This document shows positions 59,958 through 64,000 of a stretch of DNA of 64,000 bases, piece after piece. Position 1 is the stretch's first letter. Every line of letters begins with the position of its first letter. Below the pieces are notes generated by a model. That model had not been told where the DNA came from. It ran no database searches and saw only the letters and a list, made by a program, of their open reading frames with translations. The DNA is from the human T2T-CHM13v2.0 reference genome, Homo sapiens, in the NCBI RefSeq assembly GCF_009914755.1, contig NC_060929.1. One strand, written 5' to 3'. The position numbers and the translations under genes were made by a program.

Positions 59958-62333
59958 TGTTGTTATCACAGGCAGCCAGATTTTGTTGGTGTCATTCCTA
60001 CATTGAACTACCTTTGATCTATGGCTGCTTTTAGGATTTTAGCAGTGAAAATGAAAGCCCTTAGGAGGCTGAAATTAGATTATGAATGTGAAAGACAAAT
60101 CACAGTGCCTGCAAATAAGTGCACGGTAGTTATTTAATAAGTGTTAGGTATTGTTACTAAACAATCTTCAATCGATACTGCTTTTCTCATTGAGAGAAAT
60201 GTTGAGTCTGTTTATTCTTCTGGTGCAGAGTAGTTTTAATTTGAATACAGAGACCTCCAGAATCTGGATTTGGGGACTGAGCCTAAGTCAGGAGTCGTGG
60301 TCGGCTGGTTCTCAGGATGTGTCAGTTCTTGAGGTGATTTTGTAGGAACACTGAACTAGCTAGTTCTCTGTTACGGCAATCAGTTTTGAAAATGCAGCAG
60401 CTAGCCATTTAAGAATCAACCAGGTGAGCACTGACCATAGTCAATTAACTAATGTAGCGAGAGGGAAAGGTGATAACTATCTTTTAAAGTGTCTAATATC
60501 TGACTAAGCTGATCTGACTAATGATAATTTATTTTGAGCTTCACAACCCAAATGAACAATAAAAAGTTACAACCAGCCAACATCTTGAAAATGTCTTCGC
60601 CTCTGTATCTTCACTTCTGCCTTGCAAACCTCATCTCTTACTCTCTTCACTAACTTCCTCTCTTAACCTGCCTTCTTTTTCTCCCTCTTCTACATTTATT
60701 ATTCTTCTGCCTCTTTAGATCCCTTGCTTTAAGTCATGATTTAAGAACTATAGTGCTTTCCTTTTCCTTAGAATTTATTACACATATTCAATAAATGACC
60801 AATTTCACTTTTAAAAGTAGGTAGATTGAATATTTTCTTCTGTAAATAAAGCAAACTGTCTAGTTATTTTTTGCACTCAATTGATTTTCCTTGTACAATG
60901 TTATTCCTTAATTGAAAATGGCTTATTCTAATGGGTCCAAATGTTTCTCCTCCAGACTGTGTTTTGTTACCTCCCTATAGTTTCTCAAGTTATTTAACCA
61001 CCATTTCTTGAAAATTTGTTAGATGTTGGACACCAAGACAGATGCTGTAGATTAGATTTGGCTCCCTTCCTCAAGGAGCATGTAGTATATGTGGAAAACA
61101 AGACATAAAATACACAATACACAATTTAAAATACTGGTTCAAGACATTATATGTAAACTCCCTACTGTATGTCTTGTTAAGAGGTTTAAAACTTAAATAT
61201 GCCAGACCCAGGTTAGTGATACAGTTATATTGTCTCTAATCTCCTAACAGCAGACTAAACTATGATAAAAGGCACTTCCCAGTGCTCTTTACAAGGAAAG
61301 CAAAACATGGATTCATTTTCTTTTAGAAATAAATCTATAAGGGTGGCACAGTCATAAGTCCTATTAAGCAGTGATATTTTCTCTTTTCTGAAGATTATTA
61401 CAGTAGATTTTGCCCCATATTCTAGATTCACTATCTCTGGCACTCACTCAAAATAGAGTATCATTTAAAAGAAAGACACTTCTTTCCTTATATATATGAC
61501 TAATATTTCATCTAAAATGTCATTTTAGATCTAATAGTCAAGTCCCTGGTCTCAATTAGGCGAAGGTAGTCAGATTCTCTATAAAAGGAACTCAAGACAG
61601 AAAAAGTAGCTCCTTTTTTTTTAATGTAATAAATGGAAAAAAATACTTTCTTAGGTTACTCACTGGTTGTCTGGGATAGGTAATAAATTATGTAGCCTCA
61701 ATAAGTCTTAACTAGCAAGAAAAAAGCATCCTTCCTTACTGAAATCTTCGGGGTAGATGAGAGAGGCTGACCACTTTCACCCTGAAGATATGTGTTTTAA
61801 ACTCATCCTTGCACCTGAGAGGCTCACAGATGTGGCCTCACCTGAGATCACAGGTCAGTGTGGAGAGAGCCAGATAAGGATAGATCAACTTTCATACATC
61901 TTTCATATATCCACTTGGATTTCGATTTATTCTATAAAAGCAATTGATTTCTATATGGAGGGCAGGGGCAATATTACAGGGTAGGAGAAGTCATTGTTTA
62001 TGTATCACAAGCAGTTCTCAAAAATAGTGCTTCCCTGATTTGCTTAACAAAAGGCAGATTCCCAGAGCATTTGAACTACCTTGGGCATAAGGAGAGAGGG
62101 AGTTGGGTAGGAGTGGGGCAAATGGAAAGCTAGAGATTATAGGCATTTGACACGTTAAGAAAGATGGTGCAGTAGAATGAAATAGCATGAGGAAGAGAAT
62201 ACTGGCTTGACTAAAGAGAGAAAATAACTGAGAATTTCAGGACCTTTGGTGTAAGGGAGAGCTAGATCTATGAAGGAGCTTGAAACTAAATGGGAATCTA
62301 TTGTTTAGTGGGCCTGAGATGTTTCTGATTTTG

Positions 62334-62336
<3 letters not shown>

Positions 62337-62368
<32 letters not shown>
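62337..62368. repeat. (TG)16 microsatellite
   Basis: Perfect TG run read directly. Confidence 0.95.
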
Positions 62369-62371
<3 letters not shown>

Positions 62372-63059
62372 AAATGGTAATCAATGCATATTTTCAAATG
62401 TTTTCGAGACTTACAAGGATATACAATAAAAGTGCTCCTATAATCACTGCCTCTTAAACCACCCAATCCCAATCTTGGAGGCAACTGATATTACCAGTTT
62501 TTTTGTGTGTCCTTCCAAAGATGTTTTATGCATGTATAATATGACTATATTTATTCTCTTCCTTTGCCAATATGGAGGAAAGCTTTTTGAGAGTTACATG
62601 CTTTGAATAAGAGAGAAGCTCCAGAGCATTAGAACTGGCCAGAATGCCAACTCATTTTCTTGAGAGATAAAAAGAAAACAGAAAAATAATCTGCTGAAAA
62701 TGGAGCAATACATACAATAGTTTGAATGAGGGTGACTATTAGATGTCCCTATTTATTTGTATTATGGAATATATTGGGGTATTGTGCCCTGCCTGGTGTT
62801 ACTAGACATACATTAAAATAGAGGAGGTATAACTTATTAAGGGAGTACCATCTGAATGGCAAGGTAACCTAAGCAAAGGAGGACTGTCCTTTAGAGCTCT
62901 GTCACATTATAGTTTAGATAGGTTTTCCAAGATTTATTATGCAATATTCATTTTCAGGACTTCAGGAATTTAATTTCAAAGTTATACCTAGAAAGAAGAA
63001 GTAAACGTCTTTGACCTATTGAGTTCTTTTTATCTCTGGTTATGATATAGCCTGTTTTC

Positions 63060-63190
63060 TCCTTAAATTCCAACTCCTCAAGGCCAGAAACTGAGCTTTA
63101 TTTATCCTTCTATTTTCTACTTAGTCTAGTGATTAGAATATGGTAGATACTCTGTAAATATGTGATGGACGAATGACTAAATGAATACGT
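63060..63190 (+). mobile_element. L2 3' end fragment
   Basis: AACTCCTCAAGGCCAGAAACTG...TGGTAGATACTCTGTAAATATG...GAATGACTAAATGAAT. Confidence 0.6.
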
Positions 63191-64000
63191 TTCTAAATAA
63201 TCAACCAATCCATCAAACCATCTATGGCTTAATTTCTTTACTTTCCAACAGTGAGTATTTTCATTTCAGTTTTAATTAAAATATGGAAAAAGGCATAATC
63301 ATTCAGTTTTTAGTATTGCTCTGTGGCAAAATTTCATGAAATTCACGGTGGCCATTCTTATGTTAGTTTTGCTAGATTAACATATCTTAAAATTCTTTTC
63401 TTTTTCTGTTTTATCTTCAGTTTCCAAAAGGGCAAAATATCTGTATCTGGAATAAAAAGCAAATTTAAAAAAAGAAATTAATTAAGCACTTAACATTTTT
63501 TTAAACATACATTTTAGCATTAGAGGGGTGATAAAATCAATCATTTCAAATGTGCTGTATGAGGGGGGTTCGATTTAATTCATTTACTTAAAAGGTGACG
63601 CAATCTGCACAATTAGAATATCAATAAAAACACAGCTGTTACATATAAAACAAACTCTGAAGGAATTTCCATTATTATGATTGCTAAAACCACAACAACA
63701 ACAACAAAAAAACATGCTTTGCACAGCTTTGTTATCAGGAACCTTTGCATTTGACATTTTGGAAGCAAGAAAAGGGAATGGCTTGACAAGTTGAAAAGCC
63801 AATTCATCATGATGTCTGACATTTGGGAGCTGATATTATCGTCTGCAATTTAAAGTTCAGAATTGATAAAGTGCAATCATATAGCCCAGCAAACAAAGGG
63901 TCTTATTGAAATGTATGTACTCTGGGAAAACAACATCGAGTCACAAAAACTTGATGGTTTTGAATTTGAATGTTTATTCCTCCTCCTCTCATCCCCAATT

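Overview
AT-rich, CpG-depleted primate genomic DNA, probably human, because one L1 carries L1HS-type residues. It is intergenic or deep-intronic. I see no host protein-coding exon, RNA gene, CpG island or CRISPR array; the long ORFs are all LINE-1 ORF2 fragments or Alu/L1 artefacts. About 1-37 kb is a dense stack of nested L1, Alu, LTR and DNA-transposon relics. About 39-64 kb is poor in L1 and holds MIR/L2/MaLR relics plus unique sequence. Best signals: (1) a twin-primed L1PA insertion (2692-4955) that appears to carry an ~850-bp 3' transduction of an older L1MB fragment, all inside one TSD; (2) a young twin-primed L1 of the ACG/A type (13537-16903); (3) a ~400-bp twin-primed L1 (34531-34933), so all three young L1PA copies are 5'-inverted; (4) a MER11 solo LTR with a perfect 6-bp TSD; (5) several small templated inverted or tandem insertions. 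I found no evidence of a new biological system. Subfamily names come from remembered consensus motifs and need RepeatMasker/Dfam confirmation.
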